NCBI GenBank assembly: GCA_964610125.1
Contig: CAZSUV010000001.1
Span: forward strand, 184,035 to 248,034
Length of the DNA stretch: 64,000 bases
Origin: an uncultured Candidatus Saccharibacteria bacterium
GTDB taxonomy: Bacteria; Patescibacteriota; Dojkabacteria; SC72
Direction: 5' to 3'
Both the position numbers and the translations under genes were made by a program. The notes under the pieces were generated by a model. It had not been told where the DNA came from. It saw only the letters and a list, made by a program, of their open reading frames with translations, and did no database searches. Positions 38,901-47,360 of this stretch are shown here, one piece after another. Every line of letters begins with the position of its first letter. The stretch's first letter is position 1.

Positions 38901-41152
38901 ATAACTGTGCCTGTAAACGAGGAGTTAGTATTTACCTGGATTTGGTAGTAGTTTCCTGTGTTGTCCCCATCTATATCAGTAAATATTGCAGAAAATTCTG
39001 GGGTATTGTCAGAAACTTGTGAGGGATTGGTACTTCCTTCTGTTTGTAGAGTAGAAGGAGTACTTGGGGGTGTATTTTGTACGTTTTCAGCTCCAATTAT
39101 GGTTGCTTTTGATACTTTTCTTTGTGCATATATAACTGTGGTATATGCTGGTAGGTTTGAAACTGAATCTGATGTTACTGTTGCTGAGTGTGTATGTGTA
39201 GAGTCTGCAAAGTTAGCACCAGTACCATAGCTTGTCAAAGTAGCGGAAGGAGCTCCTGAGGTTATAGTTGTTGAATGTGTATGTGTTGCTGCGCCTCCAG
39301 TTGCTCCATATGTAGTTGCACCTCTAGCGAATTTACTGTCTAGAGCAGTAAATCTACTCCATCCTAATGGAGGTAGAGTAGAGGTTATGATTACGTTGTC
39401 TTCAGTTACATATTGGTCTGTGTTTGCCTTAGCAAATACCATATCTAGATATGGAGGTAGGTTTGAACTAGCAGAGACTGTCGCGCTTGTAGAGGTATGA
39501 GTATGTGTACTAGAGGCAATAGTCCCACTTGCTGCAGATGGGGTAGGGTATCTAATGATTATAATTCCAGAACCACCAGCAGCAGGATTTCCTTGCGAAC
39601 CACCACCGCCGCCACCATTACCAGTATTTGCTGCGCCAGCACTACCATTATATACAGCATCATTAGCGCCTCTACCACCAATAGCATATGTAATTGGACT
39701 TCCAGTAATACTAGAAGTAAATCCAGGACCGCCAGCCCCACCTTCCCAACTAGTAGGGGCAGCAACACCAGGACCACCAGCCCCACCACCACCTCCACCA
39801 GCATAACGATTAGCGGCCCCACCATTATAACCTTGGCCAGCAGTTCCAGTACCTCCACCACCCCATGATGCACCTCCACCACCACCTGATCCACCACTAG
39901 CACCCCAACCGTAACCACCACCTATTGCTGTTAAGCCATTAAATGAAGAGTTTAATCCTGAAGATGCGCCAACAACTATAGAATATGATCCAGAAGCAAA
40001 AGCTACATTTTCGCTATGAAGTACTCCACCACCACCACCTCCTCCACCAGATAGATTATCTCCTTTTGATCCTGCGCCCCCAGCGCCAACAACTAAGTAA
40101 TCAATATTTCCAGAGCCAGTTGCGGTAAATGTTCCACTTGAAGTGAATTTGTGTATGGTATATCCACCAGATGTAGTAATTGTTCCTCCAGTAGCACTGA
40201 GGGGTGTAGTTATAGTTGCTTGTGTTTCCGCAGATGTTCCAGTTACAACGTTAGTAGTAGTCGTATGAGTATGTGTAGCTGCTCCTCCTGTAGTTCCATA
40301 TGTTGTATTTGCTTTTGGCAATACATCGTCCAAAGCACTAAACCTAGTCCAACCAGTAGGGGTATCAACATCAAACATAGATATTAACCCCTGAGAAATG
40401 AGGAAAGTATTTCTGTAACAAAGAATAGCATCCTTGTATGGAGGTTGTACTGAAGCATTTGAAAGTATAGTTGCTCTAAGACTTGTATGGGTGTGTGAGG
40501 TAGTTGTCCCATTAGTACCAGCAGAAGTAGATCCGGCTATATTTGTAGTAGAAATAGAAGACGAAGTTGCTATTGCATCTGTATGGGCATGTGAATTAGA
40601 ACCCCCAGTAGTTCCATATGTGCTACTGCCGTACAAGAATTTCCCATCCAAATCAGATGCTCTAGTCCAACCGGAAGGACATGTAGTATCTGCATACATA
40701 TATGTATTTCCACTCCAAGTTAGGGCATTACTAATAGCGGTAGGATTACCATAGTACATGTAAATTGTTTTGCCACCATCAGGAAGTGAGGGTACTTTGG
40801 TCCAGATTTTTGTCTCTGATGTATTGCATCCACTTTCAATCCAGTAATCTAAAGAAGTATTTTCATCACTATCTGTAAATCGTAAATCATTGCAAGTATT
40901 TTGTAGTTTTCCTTCATTAACCAGAGAGAGTGTATCTACAGTTATTAATACATCCTCATTGGTTAAGGTCGAGTCAGTATTCTCTACTGTAACGGGTTTT
41001 CTATATTGCCATCCCAAATCCATCCACCCAAGCGTTGATGGTACTGGTATCTTTGCGAAGGTACCCACAATTATAGTGGAGATGATTAGTGATCTTATTA
41101 CTAAAAGCGAGAGCTTTAATGCTTTCTTCATGAGGCGTTTCAGTAAGGGCAT
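35954..41152 (-). CDS. Giant (1732 aa) cell-surface protein with tail-collar-like and Gly-rich repeats, fn3-like domains and a C-terminal TM anchor
   Basis: Signal/anchor at N-terminus. Three or more repeats of GWTR(F/A)S-LD-KF--G--TYGTTGG--(T/S)H(T/A)H plus three H-x-H-x(n)-LP(P/A)Y units. An 180-aa poly-Gly segment (GGGGGGGG...IIIRYP). Multiple beta-sandwich segments. Ends LWFGIIAGIEIIAGIGIAIFVKKRRKH. Confidence 0.7.
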   Translation of the reverse strand: MPLLKRLMKKALKLSLLVIRSLIISTIIVGTFAKIPVPSTLGWMDLGWQYRKPVTVENTDSTLTNEDVLITVDTLSLVNEGKLQNTCNDLRFTDSDENTSLDYWIESGCNTSETKIWTKVPSLPDGGKTIYMYYGNPTAISNALTWSGNTYMYADTTCPSGWTRASDLDGKFLYGSSTYGTTGGSNSHAHTDAIATSSSISTTNIAGSTSAGTNGTTTSHTHTSLRATILSNASVQPPYKDAILCYRNTFLISQGLISMFDVDTPTGWTRFSALDDVLPKANTTYGTTGGAATHTHTTTTNVVTGTSAETQATITTPLSATGGTITTSGGYTIHKFTSSGTFTATGSGNIDYLVVGAGGAGSKGDNLSGGGGGGGGVLHSENVAFASGSYSIVVGASSGLNSSFNGLTAIGGGYGWGASGGSGGGGGASWGGGGTGTAGQGYNGGAANRYAGGGGGGAGGPGVAAPTSWEGGAGGPGFTSSITGSPITYAIGGRGANDAVYNGSAGAANTGNGGGGGGSQGNPAAGGSGIIIIRYPTPSAASGTIASSTHTHTSTSATVSASSNLPPYLDMVFAKANTDQYVTEDNVIITSTLPPLGWSRFTALDSKFARGATTYGATGGAATHTHSTTITSGAPSATLTSYGTGANFADSTHTHSATVTSDSVSNLPAYTTVIYAQRKVSKATIIGAENVQNTPPSTPSTLQTEGSTNPSQVSDNTPEFSAIFTDIDGDNTGNYYQIQVNTNSSFTGTVMWDSTKTSLVPAVANGSKSQDISYAGTALQPGATYYWRMKFWDSNTYQNESNWSTTAQFTMNYAPTALNADITGAEDIYAGKALTIQTKYSDINGAADLDKLYLQIKNPAGTDIEYYITPTGSNQTGQFPTPVSGSEYISGITYDTTIGSPTANDITVTWHVTSNWNWTRGTSIQYGVKALDKAAAESIYSYNATTYKYENRLTFIGTLTVTDAQTNQITSGDWIGSNQVLTFSGVKVIYFGTTNIYPSDNDFDVKISNEESTEWTDLISSGENISIDITTANVTNIDDTYTLYILNMPTGGVDTSDLTFNIKTDNTNPNISSLTSNTHPNQSAWYTTTTANISWTISDSESGIENTWYIWDSNEETDLVTTIADGNLISEDAISFQNITEGSSYFHLATRDNCGNTAFSTYAANIDTQDPIFDSITSITNPIQTNWYPDSSATVNWIASDTGSGILGVWKLLNQNETLTIADVLVDGTQALANDTLATSELTNGIWYLHLVAKDNTSKTTYYKYTLKIDSSVVDIVEVTGANNGILQNTESGPVISWTDPNSTSGDTFYITNDGSIPNTSNYTYFTTSPSYDLPAQNEGETTIKVRALNGAGTYSETRSFVIKYDSIAPTNVSNFTATPTQRTVALAWQNPTNTDFSKVILMRNNTHVPLSTTDGAKVYEGTLSAYSDTNLSISTRYYYTIFALDNIGNQSSGTLAQATTPAAVTAPTQPGTPSEPEPVIPVVQPQTKIIKSQDLKEDQKIVVTTQEEKQLNSTDNGDIHTYANQTLKIEIPASTITNNSTNLKNVIITVNNQTYNMEYDSEKDTYKATIDSPSVKGTYATTIQAISKDNTSSLSITLALRVDPYGYVYTKDGTNELRILNAKVTLYTKDSNQEILWLSKDGTTNPQYTNQQGEYQFFVTPGEYKLVVETQGYMPTETEWFTVETNIVEKNIELKKTPYLWFGIIAGIEIIAGIGIAIFVKKRRKHSRDNV

Positions 41153-41207
41153 AATAATCTAATGATATGCGTTTTATCTTTTCGCGTCAAGGAATTTCGC
41201 TTATTAA

Positions 41208-42134
41208 CTAGGCCTCTAGTTCGAAAGTTTTTGGATCTATCCCAATCTCTCCTAACTGTTGCTTGAATACATCTAAGGCTTGTTCACTTCCGAGTGTATT
41301 GGCAGACCAATCTCCTCCTGCACATATTTTGTGATAGTTTTTGCCGTAAAACTTTTGCATAGTTTTTTCATCTGATTTTGAGATATTCCATTTAGGATAG
41401 AAGGAATCATATTCATTAATAACACTTGCATCTAATAGCTCATGCATACAGAACATAATTACCTCTAAACCTAAGGCATGACAAGCTTGGGCTAATCTCT
41501 TACACCCAGTATATGTCGCATATACAGATACTGTAACAACCTTTTCTAAATTGGGACATTTCTTTTTTAAATCTTCTATACCTGCAATCAAATTTCTACC
41601 AGCGGCAATAGAGTCATACATTATAGCGAGTTTTATATCTGCTAAGATTTCTGTTTCCTGTCCTTTGGGCAAATCTATTTTGTAATTACAAACTTTTCCA
41701 GCGATACCTTTGACGCCATTCTCTTCATCCTTTACATGGTGTACATCCATAATTAGGTAAAGTCTTGATTCAAAACCACTTCCCATATATGTATTTACAA
41801 ATGGAGATTGGGTGATAGGTTCTCTGATGAGCATAGCGCTAATAGCTTCTTTGCTTGGATTATATTTATGATTTATAGCCTTCTTAAATTCTTTAGTGGA
41901 AGCTATGGTATATGTGGCTGCGCATAAATCTACAGATCTAGGCATTCCTAGATGCAATCTTGCAGGTTTTCCGTTATGTTCAATTAAGAGAGATTTGGTT
42001 TCTGGAGATTGAAGAACATTAATGGGGACGGAATTGCGGAGGATTTTAGTTTGATATATTTTGTACTTGGAAGGGGTATTTTTGTATGGGGTTTGTACTG
42101 ATCCGTTGGCTAGTGTGGTCCAAGTAATATTCAT
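41208..42134 (-). CDS. Hypothetical protein with phosphoribosyltransferase-like (UPRT-type) PRPP-binding motif
   Basis: ILADIKLAIMYDSIAAGRNLIAGI resembles the PRTase fold motif (hydrophobic stretch - D - small residues - G). No other recognised motif. Confidence 0.3.
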   Translation of the reverse strand: MNITWTTLANGSVQTPYKNTPSKYKIYQTKILRNSVPINVLQSPETKSLLIEHNGKPARLHLGMPRSVDLCAATYTIASTKEFKKAINHKYNPSKEAISAMLIREPITQSPFVNTYMGSGFESRLYLIMDVHHVKDEENGVKGIAGKVCNYKIDLPKGQETEILADIKLAIMYDSIAAGRNLIAGIEDLKKKCPNLEKVVTVSVYATYTGCKRLAQACHALGLEVIMFCMHELLDASVINEYDSFYPKWNISKSDEKTMQKFYGKNYHKICAGGDWSANTLGSEQALDVFKQQLGEIGIDPKTFELEA

Positions 42135-42428
42135 ATATTTCGGGTAAAAATTAGATATATCTACTTGGAATTACATTGTAGAGATATATTTCATCTCAGT
42201 CAAATATCATTTGATTATGCCCTATATACAACAACTTTTAGGCTTTCCCTGGACTTCACTTAATCTGGCATATCATGATCATGTACTTTTAATGATGAGA
42301 GAAGATCTCTAAAAAGAAATGTAAGCCTTTGAATGTAAGCAGCTCAAACAATATTAAAAATATTACTGCTCAATTACAAGCTATTTCTATCGGTATAGGT
42401 ACAAGCTAAGTTCTAAAGACAAGCTATT

Positions 42429-42491
42429 ATGAAAAACAAAATATTGGGGTATCTAACATGGATCGTTGAAGTTGTTCACAGTCCAGGCTGA
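42429..42491 (+). other. Candidate 20-codon small ORF (MKNKILGYLTWIVEVVHSPG)
   Basis: ATG at 42429, TGA at 42489-42491. Followed 28 nt later by a strong intrinsic terminator. Lies in a 440-bp intergenic region upstream of the response-regulator gene. Confidence 0.3.
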
Positions 42492-42519
42492 TAGCTTATG
42501 AGCAGATTGGTGAGTTCTC

Positions 42520-42548
42520 GGGGAGGGCCAATGGCCTTCCCCTTTTTT
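42520..42548 (+). terminator. Rho-independent terminator (10-bp GC-rich stem, 3-nt loop, T6)
   Basis: GGGGAGGGCC-AAT-GGCCTTCCCC followed by TTTTTTG. Plus-strand orientation. Confidence 0.6.
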
Positions 42549-42576
42549 GTATATATAAGTTATATAATCTATTACT

Positions 42577-43245
42577 ATGAAATTACTTTTAGTTGAGGAT
42601 GAAGAAAGTTTAAGAAAGCCAGTAAAATTCTTTTTGGAAAGAAATAATTTTTCAGTAGATGAAGCTGGAGATGGGCAAGCAGCTTTGGATATGGTTGATA
42701 CCAATGAATATGATTGTATACTTTTGGATTTAAATCTCCCAGAAGTTGATGGCATTGAAGTGGCAAAAAAGATAAGGGAAGGAAAAAATCTTGTTCCCAT
42801 AATTATGGTTACTGCTAGGTCTCAGGTATATGACAAACTCAAAGGCTTTACTCAGGGTGCAGATGACTATGTTACTAAACCTTTCGATTTGAAAGAGTTG
42901 GTTGCAAGAATAAATGCGGTAATTAAACGAAGTAGTACAAACAAAGAAGAAAATCTGACATTTGGAGATAGTACAGTTTTTCCAGAACGAAATTTAGTGA
43001 TAGATAATAAAAAGGGAAAGGAAATCTCACTAAGCAATAAAGAGATGGGAGTTTTACAATATCTTCTGAGGAGCAAGGGTGAAATCATTTCTTCGGAAGT
43101 ACTTCTTGAACATGTTTGGGATAGAGAAATAGATATGTTCTCTGAAACTGTTAAGACACATATTAAGACTTTAAGAAAGAAGGTTGATCCTACTAAGAAA
43201 TATATTAAAACCGTTAGAGGGAAAGGTTATTGTATTGATTGTTAA
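42577..43245 (+). CDS. OmpR-family response regulator
   Basis: Receiver motifs LLVEDEESL, ILLDLNLPEVDG; winged-helix C-terminus (TVRGKGYCI). Confidence 0.85.
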   Translation: MKLLLVEDEESLRKPVKFFLERNNFSVDEAGDGQAALDMVDTNEYDCILLDLNLPEVDGIEVAKKIREGKNLVPIIMVTARSQVYDKLKGFTQGADDYVTKPFDLKELVARINAVIKRSSTNKEENLTFGDSTVFPERNLVIDNKKGKEISLSNKEMGVLQYLLRSKGEIISSEVLLEHVWDREIDMFSETVKTHIKTLRKKVDPTKKYIKTVRGKGYCIDC

Positions 43246-43317
43246 CCACTTCACATTCGTTTCACTGCTTTTTGCGTAAATTGCTTGCTATATAAATTAT
43301 AGTTTCTATCTCATAAC

Positions 43318-43995
43318 ATGGGTAATATTTTAGAGGTTAAAAAATTAACCAAAAAATACAAAGATGGGGATATAGAAGTTACGGCATTAGACAATGTCAG
43401 CTTCTCACTCCCTGAGGGCTTCGATTTGGCAATTCTTGGGCCATCTGGTTCTGGTAAGACAACATTACTTCAACTAGCTGGGGGATTAGATACTATGACA
43501 TCTGGGGATGTCATCATATCTGGTCAAAGTATTAAGAATATGTCAGATACAGAGATTTCAGATTTTAGAAACAAAACCATGGGTTTCATTTTTCAGATGA
43601 TTAACCTACATGATTTTTTTACTGCTAAAGAAAACGTAATGTTACCAATGTTAGTTGCAGGGGTTAATAGATCAAAAGCTGAGGAAAAAGCGCTAAAACT
43701 TCTTGAAAAGGTTGGGCTTTCTCCAAGAGCGAACCATTTACCAAAACAACTATCTGGTGGAGAACAGCAAAGAGTAGCAGTTGCAAGAGCATTAGCCAAT
43801 GATCCAAAAATTATTTTTGCAGATGAACCAACAGGTAAGTTAGACAAAGCAAACTCAGAGTTAGTGATAGATATTCTTGAGAATCTCTCTCATGATAACG
43901 GGATGAGCGTAATAATGATTACTCATGATGAGAATATTGCAAAAAGATTCTCTCGAGTTATAAAGCTTGAGAATGGTTCAGTCAAAAATAATTAA
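43318..43995 (+). CDS. ABC transporter ATP-binding protein (MacB/LolD-type)
   Basis: GPSGSGKTT, LSGGEQQRVAVARAL, IFADEPTGKLD. Confidence 0.85.
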   Translation: MGNILEVKKLTKKYKDGDIEVTALDNVSFSLPEGFDLAILGPSGSGKTTLLQLAGGLDTMTSGDVIISGQSIKNMSDTEISDFRNKTMGFIFQMINLHDFFTAKENVMLPMLVAGVNRSKAEEKALKLLEKVGLSPRANHLPKQLSGGEQQRVAVARALANDPKIIFADEPTGKLDKANSELVIDILENLSHDNGMSVIMITHDENIAKRFSRVIKLENGSVKNN

Positions 43996-44015
43996 TATAT
44001 TACTAACTTTTTAAA

Positions 44016-45857
44016 ATGAAACTTAAAGATATCCTCTTAATAAATATTAAGAAACTCAAAACAAAGACTAAAAAAGCTCTGTTTTTAATAATCCCCATAT
44101 TTGTTCTCATTACCCTAAGTGTTATTCTCTCAAGCCAGATTAAAAATATTCAGGCGGCTGCAGCTAATAGTGTATTTGGTACAATTGCACAAAAGTTTAC
44201 CCTCATAGAGGTACAGACTGAACAGACCGCATTTGATCCTTCCAAAGCATTTAATACTACAAGTAGCGTAGAAGATAACCGATTCTCGGCATTGGATGAA
44301 ACAACAATCTCAACAATATCTGGTGTTAAAAACGTAAGTTTGCAAACTACATTACCAGTAAAGAATGCAAAAACAACGGATCTATTTACTGACAAAACTG
44401 TGAACTTTAGTTCGCTTTCTACATTAGATACAACCGCAGCATCAATATATACCACTTCAGATTTTACATATACCGAAGGTGAAGCTATCCCTATTATTCT
44501 TAATGCTAGTGCTTTAACTACATCCACTGAGGACTGGGGTGGTAAGACAGAAATTACAATGGATACCTCTAGTATTACAAGAGGACAGGGTGGAATGGCT
44601 CAAAGACTTTCATTCCTTAAAACAGAAGCTATTACATATGACAAAGACAGTTTGATAGGGAAGACGTTTACAATGCAGGTTGGAGGTTTAGATTCAATCC
44701 AAGATTATACAATGGATAGGAGTAGTGGAACTATGGTAATCAAAAAACTTACAGATGAGGAGATGGCTACAAAAGTTGAAGAAAGAAAGACCGCAATTTC
44801 TACATATTGGAACTATGATCAAATCTCAACACCAATAACATATACATTTGTTGTTGTGGGTATTGTTGATGATAATACGGCTAATACTACTTACGTACCT
44901 GAGAATTTTGCAGATACTTTAGTCAAAGACTATATCTCACATGAGATTAGTTCGAGAAATGGAACTGCTATTCCAACTACAGTTTTAAATAGTACATTCA
45001 CAGGTGTTACATATGATGGAGTAGAAATCAAAACTAGTAGTAGTGGAATGATAGGGCAGATGGTTAGAAGATTTGAAAATAGTTCTTCCACGGGTAGTAC
45101 AAATAACGGAGGAACCCCTCCAGAGAGACCAACTGAAGGTGGATTGGGTTTTGGTGGAGAATTGGGAAGCAAGGGCTACTACATTCCTGGCTTAATAATC
45201 CAAGTAGACAGTAGCAACAATGTCACAGGAGCGGTATCAGATTCTAATGTATATACTACATCTACAAAGTATGGGGATTATTTAGATGTGGTGATAGATA
45301 ATGTGGTGAATAGAACCGCCGTTATTGAGGCTATAAACGATGCTGGTTATGCATATCAAGATACTAATGATGTTGCAGTATTTGATAAGTTGCAAAGTAC
45401 GTTAAGTACAATTTCAAGTGTCTTTATGATCAGTTTCATTGTCTTGGTGAGTGCGTTAGTTGCATTTACGATGAGTAAATTCATATCTGAAAGTATTAGA
45501 GAAATTGGTATCTTTAGAGCTATTGGTATGCGAAAAAACTCTGTACTTGCTATGTTCATATCTCAATCCCTTTTGTATGTATTGATAGGATATGTAGCTG
45601 GTATTGGATTAGGAATTGCCTTGAACTTTGTAGCAGGATACTTGGTATCGGACTGGTTTAGCACATTTCTTACTGAGACAGTAGCTAAGACATTTAATGT
45701 AGTAAATACTGTAGACAAGAGTATTTTTAGTGGAATTAACTTCTCATCAATTGGAATATATACTGCACTCTTAATTGGTATATCAAGTATAATATCTATA
45801 ATAACTTCTTTATCCGCTTCTAAGGTAAGTCCTGTGGAAGCTATAAAAAATGAATAA
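44016..45857 (+). CDS. ABC transporter permease, FtsX-like, with large Thr/Ser-rich extracytoplasmic domain
   Basis: N-terminal TM helix, about 400-aa extracellular region, C-terminal 3-TM FtsX block (IGIFRAIGMRKN...). Confidence 0.75.
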   Translation: MKLKDILLINIKKLKTKTKKALFLIIPIFVLITLSVILSSQIKNIQAAAANSVFGTIAQKFTLIEVQTEQTAFDPSKAFNTTSSVEDNRFSALDETTISTISGVKNVSLQTTLPVKNAKTTDLFTDKTVNFSSLSTLDTTAASIYTTSDFTYTEGEAIPIILNASALTTSTEDWGGKTEITMDTSSITRGQGGMAQRLSFLKTEAITYDKDSLIGKTFTMQVGGLDSIQDYTMDRSSGTMVIKKLTDEEMATKVEERKTAISTYWNYDQISTPITYTFVVVGIVDDNTANTTYVPENFADTLVKDYISHEISSRNGTAIPTTVLNSTFTGVTYDGVEIKTSSSGMIGQMVRRFENSSSTGSTNNGGTPPERPTEGGLGFGGELGSKGYYIPGLIIQVDSSNNVTGAVSDSNVYTTSTKYGDYLDVVIDNVVNRTAVIEAINDAGYAYQDTNDVAVFDKLQSTLSTISSVFMISFIVLVSALVAFTMSKFISESIREIGIFRAIGMRKNSVLAMFISQSLLYVLIGYVAGIGLGIALNFVAGYLVSDWFSTFLTETVAKTFNVVNTVDKSIFSGINFSSIGIYTALLIGISSIISIITSLSASKVSPVEAIKNE

Positions 45858-46983
45858 TGATATGAAAAAGTTTTTTAAATCCTTAAAATTTAAAATGTCT
45901 TTGTTGTATTCAGGAATCCTACTGGTTCTTTGTGTAGGATTCTTCTTGGTGATGAATATCTTCGTGGTTGACTATATGCAAAAGGATATTGGATCACCAA
46001 GATTAGTAGGATTTAATAATGTTGGATTCATAGCGAATTTAAACGAGGAGAAAAAAGAATTGTTAAGAGAGTCTAGGCAAAATGATTTGGAAAATATTCG
46101 TTTAATCTCAATGTATGCAATGATTCCATTTGTCATATTGAGTTTTGGCGGTGGATATTTAATTGCAGATAACAGCTTAAAACCTTTGGAGAAATTGAAG
46201 GATGAGATGAAAAAGAAGTCTACAAAAAATCTTGGTGAAAAGATTGAGTTCGAGGACAAGGGGGACGAGATCTCTGAGGTTATACAGAGTTTTAATGATA
46301 TGTCTGAGCAATTAGGAAGATCTTTTGAAGCTCAAAAGGAGTTTGTTGAGAATGCTTCTCACGAGCTTAAGACTCCATTAGCGGTTATACAGGCAAATGT
46401 AGACAGTATTCTTGCAGATTCTAAGATTCCTCAAAAAGATTTGTTTGATATGCTTGATGATTCTAAGAAATCTATCATATTTATGAACAAGCTTACTGAG
46501 GATTTACTTCTATTGTCATTGGTAGATGTAGAGTTTGAAAAGAAGGAACTAAATCTAAGAAATCTTTTGGATGAGGCAGTAGCTGACGCAAAGAAATTAG
46601 TGGATGGGAAAGGGTTTAATATTTCCTTTAATGATGGACATGATATTAAGGTCTTAGGTAATGATGTGTTACTTAAGAGAGCATTTCAAAATTTGATAGA
46701 GAATAGTATTAAGTATTCTCAGGGGAAGAATTTGAATATTGATTTAAAAAAGAACAGAAGAGATATATTTATTACATTTAAAGATGATGGTGTGGGGGTA
46801 CCACAGGATAAACAGAGTAGGATATTTGATAGATTCTATAGGGTAGATAAATCTAGATCTAGAAAGACAGGTGGTAGTGGATTAGGGTTAGCTATAACTA
46901 AGGAGATTATAGAGAAGCATAATGGAGCTATTCATTATATGGATGGAAAGGGAGCTACATTTGTGGTTCGCTTGTCTCTGTAG
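45850..46983 (+). CDS. Sensor histidine kinase (HisKA + HATPase_c)
   Basis: Two N-terminal TM helices, H-box ASHELKTPLAVIQANVD, G-box GGSGLGLAITKEII. Confidence 0.8.
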   Translation: MNNDMKKFFKSLKFKMSLLYSGILLVLCVGFFLVMNIFVVDYMQKDIGSPRLVGFNNVGFIANLNEEKKELLRESRQNDLENIRLISMYAMIPFVILSFGGGYLIADNSLKPLEKLKDEMKKKSTKNLGEKIEFEDKGDEISEVIQSFNDMSEQLGRSFEAQKEFVENASHELKTPLAVIQANVDSILADSKIPQKDLFDMLDDSKKSIIFMNKLTEDLLLLSLVDVEFEKKELNLRNLLDEAVADAKKLVDGKGFNISFNDGHDIKVLGNDVLLKRAFQNLIENSIKYSQGKNLNIDLKKNRRDIFITFKDDGVGVPQDKQSRIFDRFYRVDKSRSRKTGGSGLGLAITKEIIEKHNGAIHYMDGKGATFVVRLSL

Positions 46984-47320
46984 AGGTCTCTGGATTTATC
47001 TCAGATTCAGGGTGGGAATCTGTTGGTGCAGAATTTATTTCCCTTTGTGCTCTTTCGTTTTCTCTTTCTAACCTTCCAACTTCAAATACTGCAGATTTCC
47101 TAAGGTTATCAACAGAATAACCAATACTTTTCGCATTTACTTCAAGGCAATGTTCCAAATCATCTGGTGTTAGCTTCCCATCTCTTACTCTTTGCATTGT
47201 TCTTGCAGTCGAGGTTATGGTATTAAATACTCTAGATTCACCATCCTTTTTTATAGTTAATCCTTGTCCAATAAAACCTTCAGCATCTGATGTCTCTCCG
47301 TAATTTCCATTGTGTATCAT
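46955..47320 (-). CDS. Hypothetical protein (terminal gene of the copper operon)
   Basis: 121-aa ORF, 40 nt downstream of the copA stop on the same strand. No recognised motif; acidic C-terminus. Confidence 0.35.
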   Translation of the reverse strand: MIHNGNYGETSDAEGFIGQGLTIKKDGESRVFNTITSTARTMQRVRDGKLTPDDLEHCLEVNAKSIGYSVDNLRKSAVFEVGRLERENERAQREINSAPTDSHPESEINPETSTETSEPQM

Positions 47321-47360
47321 TATATTTATTAGTAATAATTTATTTTAAACGAGTTGTGAG

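Noticed and set aside
39555-39921. Pro/Ala-rich 83-aa plus-strand ORF and Val/Leu-rich 120-aa minus-strand ORF inside the giant gene
   Set aside because: Both are alternative-frame or antisense readings of the GGN-rich poly-glycine coding stretch of the 35954-41152 gene. They are low-complexity artefacts.
42140-42519. Considered whether the 440-bp intergenic region encodes SRP RNA, tmRNA or RNase P RNA
   Set aside because: None of the conserved boxes was found (SRP GGAA tetraloop/AGCAGCC, tmRNA tRNA-like T-arm plus CCA, RNase P P4). It is retained only as a generic small-ORF/sRNA candidate.
42453-42800. 115-aa minus-strand ORF spanning the intergenic region and the start of the response regulator gene
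   Set aside because: Overlaps the clear receiver-domain gene in antisense and crosses the intrinsic terminator hairpin. No motif.
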